Source: Octopus bimaculoides (lineage: Eukaryota). From it: DNA of 38,627 nt. Position numbers and translations under genes: made by a program. Below the pieces are notes generated by a model that saw nothing but the letters and a program-made list of their open reading frames with translations, had not been told where the DNA came from and made no database searches. Positions within the stretch are counted from its first letter, which is position 1, and the number at the start of each line of letters is the position of its first letter. The stretch lies in NCBI RefSeq assembly GCF_001194135.2, contig NC_068995.1:55840522-55879148 (forward strand), read 5' to 3'. Shown in pieces: positions 24,502 through 36,707 of the stretch.

Positions 24502-27154
24502 ACTGCCGCAGATGTCTATATTTCCACACACATATACACTGAGACACACATACATACATTCATGCATGCATGCATCCATCCATACATACATACATACATA
24601 CACACATACACACAAACATATCGTATTTTGTCTGTAGTGAGTACATAAAATCATCCCTCATCCTCATCCCCGTCTCATTCCCGCCACAACAACCTCCTCC
24701 CACCCTTACCACACACCAAACCGCGCCATATTTTTCCCAGCTTGTTTTATTACATGTCTTTGTTTCTGGCCATTACTAAATCACCTCTATGTTCCAATAA
24801 TATTCTTACAAAGACCGATCAATCAACAGACATCTTTTCTTTTTTTTTTTACTTCTTTATTTATGATATTTATTTTTCTTTCTCTTTATTTTCATCACTT
24901 TTTTCTCGCTTTCCTTATTTATTCTCGTTTTACTTAAAAGTCTCGTTTTATTTGCATTTTCTATATTCNNNNNNNNNNNNNNNNNNNNNNNNNNNNNNNN
25001 NNNNNNNNNNNNNNNNNNNNNNNNNNNNNNNNNNNNNNNNNNNNNNNNNNNNNNNNNNNNNNNNNNNNNNNNNNNNNNNNNNNNNNNNNNNNNNNNNNNN
25101 NNNNNNNNNNNNNNNNNNNNNNNNNNNNNNNNNNNNNNNNNNNNNNNNNNNNNNNNNNNNNNNNNNNNNNNNNNNNNNNNNNNNNNNNNNNNNNNNNNNN
25201 NNNNNNNNNNNNNNNNNNNNNNNNNNNNNNNNNNNNNNNNNNNNNNNNNNNNNNNNNNNNNNNNNNNNNNNNNNNNNNNNNNNNNNNNNNNNNNNNNNNN
25301 NNNNNNNNNNNNNNNNNNNNNNNNNNNNNNNNNNNNNNNNNNNNNNNNNNNNNNNNNNNNNNNNNNNNNNNNNNNNNNNNNNNNNNNNNNNNNNNNNNNN
25401 NNNNNNNNNNNNNNNNNNNNNNNNNNNNNNNNNNNNNNNNNNNNNNNNNNNNNNNNNNNNNNNNNNNNNNNNNNNNNNNNNNNNNNNNNNNNNNNNNNNN
25501 NNNNNNNNNNNNNNNNNNNNNNNNNNNNNNNNNNNNNNNNNNNNNNNNNNNNNNNNNNNNNNNNNNNNNNNNNNNNNNNNNNNNNNNNNNNNNNNNNNNN
25601 NNNNNNNNNNNNNNNNNNNNNNNNNNNNNNNNNNNNNNNNNNNNNNNNNNNNNNNNNNNNNNNNNNNNNNNNNNNNNNNNNNNNNNNNNNNNNNNNNNNN
25701 NNNNNNNNNNNNNNNNNNNNNNNNNNNNNNNNNNNNNNNNNNNNNNNNNNNNNNNNNNNNNNNNNNNNNNNNNNNNNNNNNNNNNNNNNNNNNNNNNNNN
25801 NNNNNNNNNNNNNNNNNNNNNNNNTTCTTCTTCTTCTTCTTCTTCTTCTTCTTCTTCTTTTTCTTCCTCCTCCTCCTCCTCCTCCTCCTCCTCCTCATCA
25901 TCATCATCATCATCTGTGTTATTCATTCATTCTTCTTGTTCCTTCTTCTTCGTTGTTCTCTTTCTTCCTTTTCCTTCTTCTCCTTCTCCTATCCCACTTT
26001 TTTTTCTTCTTCTTCATCTGTGTTATTCATTCATTCATTCATTCTCCTTCTTTCTTGTTCTTTCTTCTTCGTTGTTCTCTTTCCTCCCCCTCCTTCCCCT
26101 CCCTCCATCCTCCTTCTTCCTCAGCCAGGGTTGTCACAATTCCTTGCGGTATTTTCTCTCGCCCATTACGCTCCCAGTTCAAATTCCTCCAGAATGGATA
26201 TTGTCTTCCATTCTTTCAAGTTTTGCTGGAGATCTTTTCTCCTCCATTCCATTACTGCACAACGAAACAAATGGAATTTCTGCCGTTACTAACATTTTAT
26301 CTTCCATCCTACAACTACACACAAGACTTGTATATAAATGGAGTTTATATCGTAATTTAAATTCTCCGCCCCACCGTCCTATAACTACACACGAGGCTAT
26401 CAAACAAATGCAGTTTTTATCGTTATTAAAATAAACGGGAAGGAAGCCTGTTCTTTATTTTTATGGCTTTTATGTCACCATTTTGTTCTGTTTTTTTTTA
26501 CCCTGTTTTCTCGTCAGCGATGTCTAAACAGTATCTACTAAAATTACAAACGGAAACGCCCTTAAGACATTGCACAAACAAAAATGGAAAAAGGACATTC
26601 AACATACAGAAATTTATGACAAAATAATTGGGGGGTGGGGGTGGAAAGAGCACTTATTTTAATACCATAATACATAAATGAAAATATTGATATGATGAAA
26701 AAAAACGATTTCATTAGCAGCTTACTACTAAGGGCACACACACATGATTACATGCACACGCACACACACATGCACATACATGCATACATGCATACATACA
26801 TACATACATACATACATACACACATACATACACACACACGCAGACACACACACGCGCACATGCACGCTTGCACGCAAATGTACACTCTAGCGATTGATGT
26901 TGTTTCGGAAAGAAGTGATTGTTTTCCTTCATTTTCTAGTGTTACTAGTATCGCACGAAAGCTAATTCCGGACGAGCATTCAGAGACGCCAGTGGAGCGG
27001 AGCTGTATGTCCAAACAAGGTACTCTCGTCCCTAAATATGTTATCACGAAGCGAGAAAGAAAAAAGAAAAGACTCTTCTCTATCAGCGTCACTTATGACA
27101 CATCAATTTTCATTTTGTCAAACTCAATACCAACTACAGGAGGCTCTGAATGAA

Positions 27155-27301
27155 GTATAGGACATCTTCGTCGGATGTATAGAACATTTTTATCGGATGT
27201 ATAGGACATCCTTGTCGGATGTATAGGATATCTTTGTCGGATGCATAGGACGTCTTTGTCGGATGTATAAGACGTCTTTGTCGGATGTATAGGACATCCT
27301 T
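27155..27301. repeat. 22-bp minisatellite, about 6.7 copies
   Basis: Consensus gtataggacatctttgtcggat; contiguous units start at 27155, 27177, 27199, 27221, 27243, 27265 and 27287 (partial). Confidence 0.95.
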
Positions 27302-28544
27302 TATTCGTCATTACTTTCATGGTACAGTTAAGACCTTAGCACAGAGAGTACAAAGGTCATGGAAAATGACATGTGGTAGGGTGGAGTCTCAGGGGACAAA
27401 CAATTACTTACGCCTCCCCGCCTCCCTCGAAAGCTACAAAACTGCTGCAAAGCTGTTTTCGGTCATGAATGCAGAAGAAAAAGCAATGAGACCATTGGTA
27501 CAGGACTGGCAACGTAGGATGAAGCAAAATGACAGGTTAAAGGTTTTTGCCTTCAGAAGCAGCAAGAGAAAAAGAAAAGGAGCAGCAAAGAACACAAAAA
27601 TATCCAACAAGAGACAACTGTTCTCAGAATCCCAACGGTCAAAATTCTGGCAATGATGAAATTGGTCTAATCTTTAGTCCAAGAAAGCGGAGGGGCCCTC
27701 CTCAAGCTGTGGCTATACCAGGGATGGCGACGAGAAAATGGAAAGAGAGAATGGCCAATAGCAACAACAACAAGTCCTGAAAATCGCTGATTCAGAAGCA
27801 CCGTCAACCGTAGATTCTGCCTCATATTTCCTCCCCCAAACAGACCTGTAATTCCGCCCCCCTACTTCACTTTCTCCAATCAACAATACCAGCACCTGTT
27901 CAGCGTAGAAACAAAGTAGAAACGGTAATGAGTAGAAAAGTGACAATAATAAATAAAAAAAGTGGAAGAACGTGTTGAAGATGACTTTACATGAATATAT
28001 TTCATTCAAAGTTACTTCGTGCGACATTATTCAATTCATGCTTGAAACTGACTTATGCACATTAGCATACGTACCGTATTCTGTTTCCATAAGAATAATT
28101 TCATTCTTGCCGGACTATGTTATTTCCGTTTTAAGATAGCTGAATGAGTGATTTGAGGGCAACTCCACTGCTGTTTCTTGCAAGGCGCCCGATTGCATGA
28201 AAGCTTCAATGTTGTACTCGGCTCTTACTGTATGTTAGCATCCTATCAGCTAAATACAACTGTTTGTTGAATTGGAACTTTGAAGGTCCTGTGAACAGGT
28301 TAAAATCTACCCCTCCCTAATTCCCTCCAGAAATTGCAGTGAAATATTCCAGAATCTTTTGAACGTATGTACTCTAATGACCTAGAATTGGTAACAGAAA
28401 AGCGGAAGAAAATAAATGCTCGACTTTGGCTTCGGAGAAGAAAAGGTTGATGTATATCTTCACTAGTGATGGTTTGAATACAGATAAAATTAATTGAAAA
28501 GATATCGATTAAAGAAAGTAATAAACAAACGTGCATATGTTTGT

Positions 28545-28613
28545 GTGTGTGTGCGTGAGTGTGTGTGTGTGTATATATATATCTTTACTATCATACATAC
28601 GTATACACTTACA

Positions 28614-28681
<68 letters not shown>

Positions 28682-28714
28682 TATATATACATATATATAT
28701 ATATGGATGTATAT

Positions 28715-28751
<37 letters not shown>
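28545..28751. repeat. (GT)n/(AT)n-rich low-complexity tract
   Basis: Direct reading of the sequence. Confidence 0.9.
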
Positions 28752-28752
<1 letters not shown>

Positions 28753-29589
28753 ATGCCGAGAGATCAAAACAGACATGAAGCAAACAACCAGTCTGCAATT
28801 ACGCCAACGTCTACTTTCAGTAACAAATCACCACAATTTCCTGCAGCAATTTCACACCTAGTTTCCCGCCTAAACATTCATCTATCTCCAAAACGAACGT
28901 TTGATAAGAATGTTAGTTTTAGATGCCCAACTACCTGCCATCCTACCATCTCCTAATCGCTCTTTCACTTCCACTTTCTACCTCCCTTGTTATCTTCCTC
29001 ACCTTCGTTACCATGTTGACAACTGTGAAGGAAGTAAATCTCTCATTCTTCGATAACATATTTTATCTTTGTTTGGCCAGATAGATATCGATCGCTCGTT
29101 TTACGATTTGATAACGCAATTTGTTCATGTTTGGAAAGCTGACATTTTGCATCCATTATACAGATTCGGTAAAAATACACAATTTTTCTTTTTCTTTCTT
29201 TTTTCTTTTTTTTTTTTGCATTCAATTTCTAACATACATCACTATTTTTATTCATGTTTCTTTTTTATTTCTTTCCAGCGAAATATAAAAAAAAGCACCC
29301 TTCATATTCACGTATATCTCAAACTTCGAGACTAACTTAAGCACAAACTATACTAAATCATAGAAAAACAGAAATACTAAATTGTTATAAACAAAAGACT
29401 TCCGTAAATTTTCTGTTTTTATTTTCTAAACAAGATTAGAATATTCTATTTTTTTCGTTTTTATTATACTATCAATCAAAATTGTATCTAAAATTGAAGT
29501 ATATACAATGATCACAAATTATTGAGAGGAATTGTAGAAATGTAAAAAGTAACATTTCGCCCAAGTGCAAACGATAGAGAATATACGAC

Positions 29590-29760
29590 TCAACGAAGTA
29601 GCCTTTACACGGTCGCTTGATCTGCTAGATGTAACAGCTAAACCTTCAAATTACACATTATTGGCTTAAAAAAAGAATGATTTGATGATGAAATCCCAGA
29701 TACACTGTATTCAAAGAACAAGAATAAACCCGATGGTCACGGTCAAAATGCTTCTTGATT
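29590..29760. repeat. Interspersed repeat family D (short, diverged)
   Basis: Shared core (ttgatctgctaga..ta.cagc.aa / ttggttgctatttttagcag and gaccatc/gatggtc) also seen at about 6720-6790, 18760-18860, 19385-19440, 28140-28200, 33895-33970, 34470-34575 and 34900-34950. Confidence 0.5.
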
Positions 29761-30110
29761 ATATTTCCGTTTGAACAGAACTAAATCGAACCTAAACAAC
29801 AACGACAACGGATTACATTACACTGTTTGTAATTGTAGAAAACGAAGGATACAATCAACTGAGTCAAAACGCGTCATTTCATCAATTTTAAGATTTATGC
29901 AAAGTTTTACAAAAATACAAATTAGATTATTTGAGTTTAAACAGAGCTATTGATTTTGAACTATTTGGAAATTTAAGTATTTTGGTCAAAGATATTAGAT
30001 TGATTTCTACGGAGCCAGAACATATCTGAGACAGTTGTGGAGAATACGAAGAGGTTTCATGAGAGATTTTTCAACGTAATTAATATAAAATCTTACACCA
30101 AACAGACCCA

Positions 30111-31184
30111 ATGATGTTCAAAACATACGAAACTATCAAAAACTATAGCAAAGTTAAAGTGTTACTCAACAAATATCAATACCAACAGCGAGTCCTAATG
30201 GAAAGTCAGCTGGAAGAGAGTTTAAAACCGTTGTTGTTGTGTATGAGGCTTTTTGGTATGTACCACAAATTCGGGGACAGAGACTTATGGACATTATACA
30301 GTCTTATTGTTGGTGGATTTATGGCGTATTCTTTCGTTAGAAGTTTGACACAATACAGCGCCAATGAACAATATGGCAGTTTTTTATTCAGCAAGATCCA
30401 GTGGAGTTTACTCTCATTTCAATGTTTGATGATTCTCGTCCTTTTTCAACATTCTTTTCGGCGCAGCGGAAAATTAGAATCGTTGTTTCTTTGTTGGGAA
30501 AAATTATTTTCCCACACTGCTTACAATAAATGTCCCCGGTATCTTTTACTCCTGAGTATCACCATACCTGCTGTGAACTTTTTGGTGAATCTCGGAGGGA
30601 TAATTCTTTCATTCTATATTGAACCTAATATTGGCAATATCATTGCGCAAGTTTCTTGGTTCAATAGACCCAGCAAATACGAAACGAACATTAAATGGCT
30701 GACGAGAAATGCAACCGGTTACGATACTATGAAACTAAATGACTTCCATTTCAGTCCCGAGGCTAATGGCCATATACAAAAAACTATAATTACTGCATTG
30801 TTTATGATGAAGTCTGGTATTACATACTTTTCGGGCTCGTTTTTTGTTATACTCTGTACTCTAGTCGGAGCACAGTTCGACCGACTTGCCAGTTGTTTTG
30901 CTAAATCAATCACAGCAGACGGTAGACTGTTGTGTGACCTCAGTCAAACAAGATTCCATTACCAACGACTGGTTGAGTTAATAGATATCATGAATGCATC
31001 TTTCAGTACAATCATGGCAATTATATTCTTCTCGGACATTGGTGTGTTTTCGCTCAATTTCTATAACTTGATATTTTTCCAAGAGACACCCGGCTATCAC
31101 ACGGTACTGTTCAGTATATGGTACATAACAGTCTTCATTCACCTGGCATCAGTCTCGGGAGCAGCAGCTAGGGTCGGCTTCTCT
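30111..31184 (+). CDS. Gustatory receptor-like (GRL) gene B, exon 1 (358 aa from the first ATG; alternative start at 30198)
   Basis: Long ORF with about six hydrophobic segments, ending ...AAARVGFS at a phase-0 donor tct|gtaagt (31185). Homologous to GRL-A exon 1. Confidence 0.9.
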
Positions 31185-31344
31185 GTAAGTAAATGAAATA
31201 TATATATTTTTTTACTATACCCTTTTTTTCTTTTCTTTTCATTTATTTTTGACTGAGTGCAATTTTATATTTTGACTAAAAGTGGATGAAATTCATTTTC
31301 GAAATCCGATAAACAGCCACATTGATAAAATAGCGTTACAAGCG

Positions 31345-31798
31345 CAGGCAGGGCTATATGGTTAAGAAGCTCATTTTAAAACAGCGGCTTCGGGTTCAGT
31401 CCCACTGTGTGGCACCTTGGGCAAGTGTCTTGTGGTACAGTTCCGGGCTGACCAAAGCCTCGTGAGTGAATTTGGTAGAAAGAAATTGTGTCGGAGCCTG
31501 TCGTGTGTGTGTGTGTGCGTGTGCATGTGTGTGCGTGCGTGCGTGCGTGTGAGTGGGTGCATGCGCGCGCACATATGTATGTCTTTGTATTTGGTATATG
31601 CCCCCTCCCCAGCACTGCTTGGAAACAAATGTTGGTTTTGTTTACACCCGCGTTACTTAGCGGCTCGGCAAAAGATACCGAAAGAATAAGTACCCAACTT
31701 AAATACGAATGAGTACTGTGGTCTATTTATTCGACTAAAACACTTCGAGGTGTTGCTCCAGCATGGCAGCAGTCCAGTGACTGAAACAAATAAAAGAT
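31345..31798 (+). mobile_element. SINE family B (full-length)
   Basis: gcaggcagggctatatggttaagaagctc ... gggttcagtcccactgtgtggcaccttgggcaagtgtc ... aataagtacc ... ccagcatggcagcagt; collinear with 19632-20020. Confidence 0.8.
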
Positions 31799-32483
31799 AG
31801 ATGGTAACATTGTTATATTATTTAAGGCAGAATCATTAGAGCGTGAAGCAAAATTTTTAGAAGCGTCTTTACGTTCTGAGTTCAAATTCCACCGCGGTCG
31901 ACTTTGCCTTCACCCTTTCAGGGTCGATAAAATAAGTACCAGTTGTACTTGCTTAAGATGTTGTGCAGCGGAACTGAGCTTGAAACCACGTGACAACACA
32001 TCGTGCTTTTTAAACCCCGTAGCCATATCTTCGCTTGTATATTCTAGGAGATATCGTTATTGATGTAAGTCGGTCGCTGTCTATCATGGCCTAACCTCAG
32101 CCAGTTTACATGTCTCTCTTTCTGTCTGGTTCGATTATAAAAGCGAAAAGTTGCTCAGTGGGGTGTCTAACCACGAAAGACGATTGGGCGTAGCTGTTTG
32201 GATGCTGGCCATTTGGCGCCGCTGACTGGGCACTGAGCCTATTTTGGCGATTGTGCATTTTGGCACTGGAGACAAACAAGTGTGTATCGCAGATATATAC
32301 ATACACCAACTGCCTGTAAAACCATTTTTGGCAAGACTGTTTCGATTCCTGGCTAAACAAATTTTCTTTGCCACTTTTGCTGTAAAAGATCCTATTTTAT
32401 TTTAGACGACACGAAATTGTGAGAAATTAGTGTTTTCTAGAATTTTGCTATCTGTATATGGATTTTCACACATNNNNNNNNNN

Positions 32484-32520
<37 letters not shown>

Positions 32521-32948
32521 CATATATACATATATGCACGCACACGCACACACACATATACATATATACGTTCATGCATACCTACATACATACTTACAAA
32601 CGTTCAAAATCCAGTTCACACCACATCTATAAGTATATACACATAAATATAGATATATCCATATCCATACATAATATATATACATACACACACACGAGTG
32701 TGTATGTGTGTGTGTATGTCTGTATATTTGTGTGTATGAATGTGAGAGCGTAAACAGAAATTGTATGATATATGTATTTTTAAATAATATAAACATATGT
32801 ATGTATATATAATTATATATATATTATATATAAATGTATATATATATATGTATATATATATAAATTATATATATATTATATATAAATGTATAATATATAT
32901 GTTAATACACACACATACATATATTTATAAATATATTTATACATACGT

Positions 32949-33007
<59 letters not shown>

Positions 33008-33977
33008 CATATGTATGTGTGTGTTACAGTTTTACTTATTTATCGTATGGTACTTCCACCCCCTCCACCCCCCTCTCGTTTGCCCCTGTTNNNNNNNNNN
33101 NNNNNNNNNNNNNNNNNNNNNNNNNNNNNNNNNNNNNNNNNNNNNNNNNNNNNNNNNNNNNNNNNNNNNNNNNNNNNNNNNNNNNNNNNNNNNNNNNNNN
33201 NNNNNNNNNNNNNNNNNNNNNNNNNNNNNNNNNNNNNNNNNNNNNNNNNNNNNNNNNNNNNNNNNNNNNNNNNNNNNNNNNNNNNNNNNNNNNNNNNNNN
33301 NNNNNNNNNNNNNNNNNNNNNNNNNNNNNNNNNNNNNNNNNNNNNNNNNNNNNNNNNNNNNNNNNNNNNNNNNNNNNNNNNNNNNNNNNNNNNNNNNNNN
33401 NNNNNNNNNNNNNNNNNNNNNNNNNNNNNNNNNNNNNNNNNNNNNNNNNNNNNNNNNNNNNNNNNNNNNNNNNNNNNNNNNNNNNNNNNNNNNNNNNNNN
33501 NNNNNNNNNNNNNNNNNNNNNNNNNNNNNNNNNNNNNNNNNNNNNNNNNNNNNNNNNNNNNNNNNNNNNNNNNNNNNNNNNNNNNNNNNNNNNNNNNNNN
33601 NNNNNNNNNNNNNNNNNNNNNNNNNNNNNNNNNNNNNNNNNNNNNNNNNNNNNNNNNNNNNNNNNNNNNNNNNNNNNNNNNNNNNNNNNNNNNNNNNNNN
33701 NNNNNNNNNNNNNNNNNNNNNNNNNNNNNNNNNNNNNNNNNNNNNNNNNNNNNNNNNNNNNNNNNNNNNNNNNNNNNNNNNNNNNNNNNNNNNNNNNNNN
33801 NNNNNNNNNNNNNNNNNNNNNNNNNNNNNNNNNNNNNNNNNNNNNNNNNNNNNNNNNNNNNNNNNNNNNNNNNNNNNNNNNNNNAAATCCTCTACCTGGT
33901 CCCTTCACCTGCTAAAAACGTCAGTCAGATCTCCCTTAAATTATATCCATTCACTTGTAATACAGAGGGACACTTTA

Positions 33978-34143
33978 AGTCGGGCATGGGCGACCTTTTT
34001 CGGGAAGCAAGCAGCATGAGACATGATTCATCGAATGGCGGGCCGCACAGCTAAAAACATCGAAGGTAAATTTTAGTTAGCACTGCCACCCAGAACGTCT
34101 GGCGGGCCGCAGTTTGGCCCCACATCTCATCCCACCCCCGACT
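33978..34143. mobile_element. Probable hAT-type MITE relic
   Basis: Imperfect terminal inverted repeats agtcgggcatggg ... cccacccccgact (11/13), with internal gggcgaccttttt and ggcgggccgcagtttg motifs typical of hAT/Charlie-like termini. No clean 8-bp TSD. Confidence 0.45.
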
Positions 34144-34372
34144 GCTTTAAACTACTAATAATAAAGAATTTGGAACTGGAGTATGGTGACTTTTAATATG
34201 TGCCTAGAAGAGAAGCTGTTCCTCACACAAACACACACACTCACACACATATGCAAACACACACACTCACACACATCCACAATGAGACATAATATTCAAA
34301 TTTACTTTAGATCTGTGTGTGTGTGAATATCGTTTCGCCAACTCATTCACAAATTCCTTTCTCGTTCTTCAG

Positions 34373-34441
34373 GCGCACAAGTTACTTCCTCATTTATATA
34401 AGATCCGATACAGCGAACACACAGAACATTTCGGGATGGAG
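34373..34441 (+). CDS. GRL gene B, exon 2 (23 aa)
   Basis: Acceptor ttcctttctcgttcttcag|, donor gag|gtatag, phase 0/0. Reads AHKLLPHLYKIRYSEHTEHFGME; 69 nt like GRL-A exon 2. Confidence 0.85.
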
Positions 34442-36024
34442 GTATAGTTGTTACCTTTTTTAAATTTTATTTATTATTGAGAGTCTACAGAGTCAATCGA
34501 TTTGCTAAAAATAGCAGCCAATGACCCTCGCACAATTTAAATAAGAAAATGATACATTAGCAATACTGTATTAACGCATAGGCACACAGAGTAGTTGCCC
34601 CCCACCCCGGGGAGGATGTCTCACGGGCCTAGAGATCCTATGTGTGCCGTACCGTGCTGTCAATAAATGAATAAATATTATAGGGCCCAGTGCATTATAG
34701 GGTCGAGCGCTTCCTGATCTCACTGACCGGTCTTCTTTACGTTTCTCTGTCCTTCAGCAACTGTCGCACATCTACTCGACAGGGTCGTCAACGATTAAAT
34801 GCATTCCGATGGGAAACATTCTGTCACTTGTTTTGCAGTGTTTCTAGGATCACTTTATATAATGTATCAATCCCTTCTTAAGATGATAAAGTATGCTTTG
34901 AGGGAGATTCGGTTGGTATTTGCAGCAAATCAAGCAGTCATATAGAAGCATTTTCTTCGGCACAGCCATGAAAGCTTATTAGAAATAGTAAATTCTTATT
35001 ATATATCCACAGAGACTATTCAAAGTATGTTTTTTTTTACAATTTTATTAGAACGGAGAAACAAAGATTTGCGACGTTCATATTTTTCTGTAACGTTTTC
35101 GTTTCATAAATAAGTTTCTCAGCTGGAATCGTGACATGACTAAAAATTCGGATTACTGGAAGCGACAAACATTGAAAGTCCAATTTAATATTGATTTCTA
35201 ATATGAACTAAAGATCAAAGCTCTTTCGGGGAAATGGAGAACAAGGCTGCATGACAATCATGCCTTTCTCAGCAGCATTATCACTACAGTGAACCAGTGA
35301 ATATTCCATAAGAAACCTACAATGCTATTGTTCGCAATAGGCCTGACATGAAATAATTTAAATAAATAAGAGAAAACGTTTCCAAAGAGATATCAAAACC
35401 GACATGCTTATCTCAGCAAATCGCAGAAGGCGTAGCATAGACTCTACGGCCATCGTACAAATTGGCAAAACCTCAAGAAAATGAAATGAGATTGAAAATC
35501 GCTTTCAAAATTTGGTTATGATGTCTTTCTTTTGAAGTTAACTGTTTGAAACATCGCAGACTTTTCATTCTGCAAGAAAAGATTTTATTCTCAAGGTTAG
35601 ATTAGTGAGAAAGGTTAATAAAATTGAAGGTCTGATTTCAATTCTTGCTGGTCGCTACCCAGAGGAAAACAGGAACGGGAGAAGGAGTTCCGAATGGATG
35701 CAGTTCGAACATGGAAATAACGGTTGAGAGGAGATACGCCCGACATGTTGAACACAAGAACAATAACATCTTCTCTTTCACTCGCTTCTGTTCTCAGGAC
35801 GAATAACGAAACGGGAGTAACACAGTGTGCCTGTCCAAAAGTATGAAGGTCACCTATTATTTTATGTATCCCAGTGTCGCCAGCGTGCTAAAAGGGACAT
35901 TTTTGGTAAGGATTTTTAAGGTTATAAAAGCCACACGTGAAACGTTGAAAGCGTCAGAGAGAGAGAGAGAGAGGGGGAGAGGGAGAGAGAAAGAGAAAAG
36001 GAAAGAAAAAGGGAGAGAGAGAAA

Positions 36025-36063
<39 letters not shown>

Positions 36064-36324
36064 AATAAGGCCAAAATGTTGGATTGGGAAAAGCGACAAA
36101 GCATCGCTCAAACTGTTTTACCTTTACATTAATTTTCTCCGACGAAATCCAGAAGAGCCAAATCCATTCTGAGGTCAATAAAATAGCAAATAAGTAAAAA
36201 CTCATAAATAAAAAGCGATTAAATATATTACACGACATTTCTCATCTAAAACCTTCTTCTTCATCCTGAGTCGACGGATCCAGGCCTTCATCTTTATAAA
36301 TTTCCTCTCATTTACTTTTTACAG

Positions 36325-36414
36325 ATGCTGCTTTTGTTAAGTAAACTGAACGGGCAGCAGGTCGGCTTGACAGTTCTACATTTATTTGTGGTCAGTTGGA
36401 GAACGATCCTTAAA
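36325..36414 (+). CDS. GRL gene B, exon 3 (30 aa)
   Basis: Acceptor catttactttttacag|, donor aaa|gtaagt, phase 0/0. Reads MLLLLSKLNGQQVGLTVLHLFVVSWRTILK; 90 nt like GRL-A exon 3, with shared L.G...GLT....V....T.L. Confidence 0.9.
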
Positions 36415-36493
36415 GTAAGTAAATGATAACAACAGCAACAACAACAACAACAATAGTAATAATAATAAGAATAAGAATAAGAATAATAATAAT

Positions 36494-36707
36494 CCTTTCT
36501 ATTCTAAGCACAAGGCCTGAAATTTGGCGGGAGGGGGACTAGTCGATTACTTCGACCTCAGTGTTTCACTGGTACTTAATTTATCGACCCCGAAAGGTTG
36601 AACGGCAAAGTCGACCTCGGTGGAATTTGAACTCAGAACGTAGCGACAGACGAAATACCGTTAAGCATTTCACCCGGCATGCTAACAATTCCGACAGCTC
36701 GCCGCCC
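36494..36707 (-). mobile_element. SINE family A, near full-length copy
   Basis: Reverse complement of the family-A consensus (aaagtcgacctcggtggaatttgaactcagaacg ... cagctcgccgcc). Confidence 0.85.

Noticed and set aside
22739-26434. Long ORFs of the track across N gaps and (GT)n/(AG)n/(TTC)n tracts (also 4627-5454, 12186-12536, 32797-34054)
   Set aside because: Artefacts of gaps and simple repeats with no protein-like content.
27155-27301. CRISPR-like array
   Set aside because: Units are contiguous with no unique spacers, there are no cas genes, and the context is eukaryotic.
21365-31184. GPCR or nAChR-derived chemotactile receptor interpretation of the two long ORFs
   Set aside because: No DRY/NPxxY motifs and no signal peptide, Cys-loop or four-TM layout; the TYxxxxxQF motif and exon structure indicate GR/GRL.
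31185-31196. Single-exon ending VSK* of the 361-aa ORF
   Set aside because: These codons are the gtaagt donor of intron 1; in-frame downstream exons exist.
34505-34514. MEF2-like ctaaaaatag site
   Set aside because: It lies within the multi-copy repeat family D core and is far from the PDZ gene.
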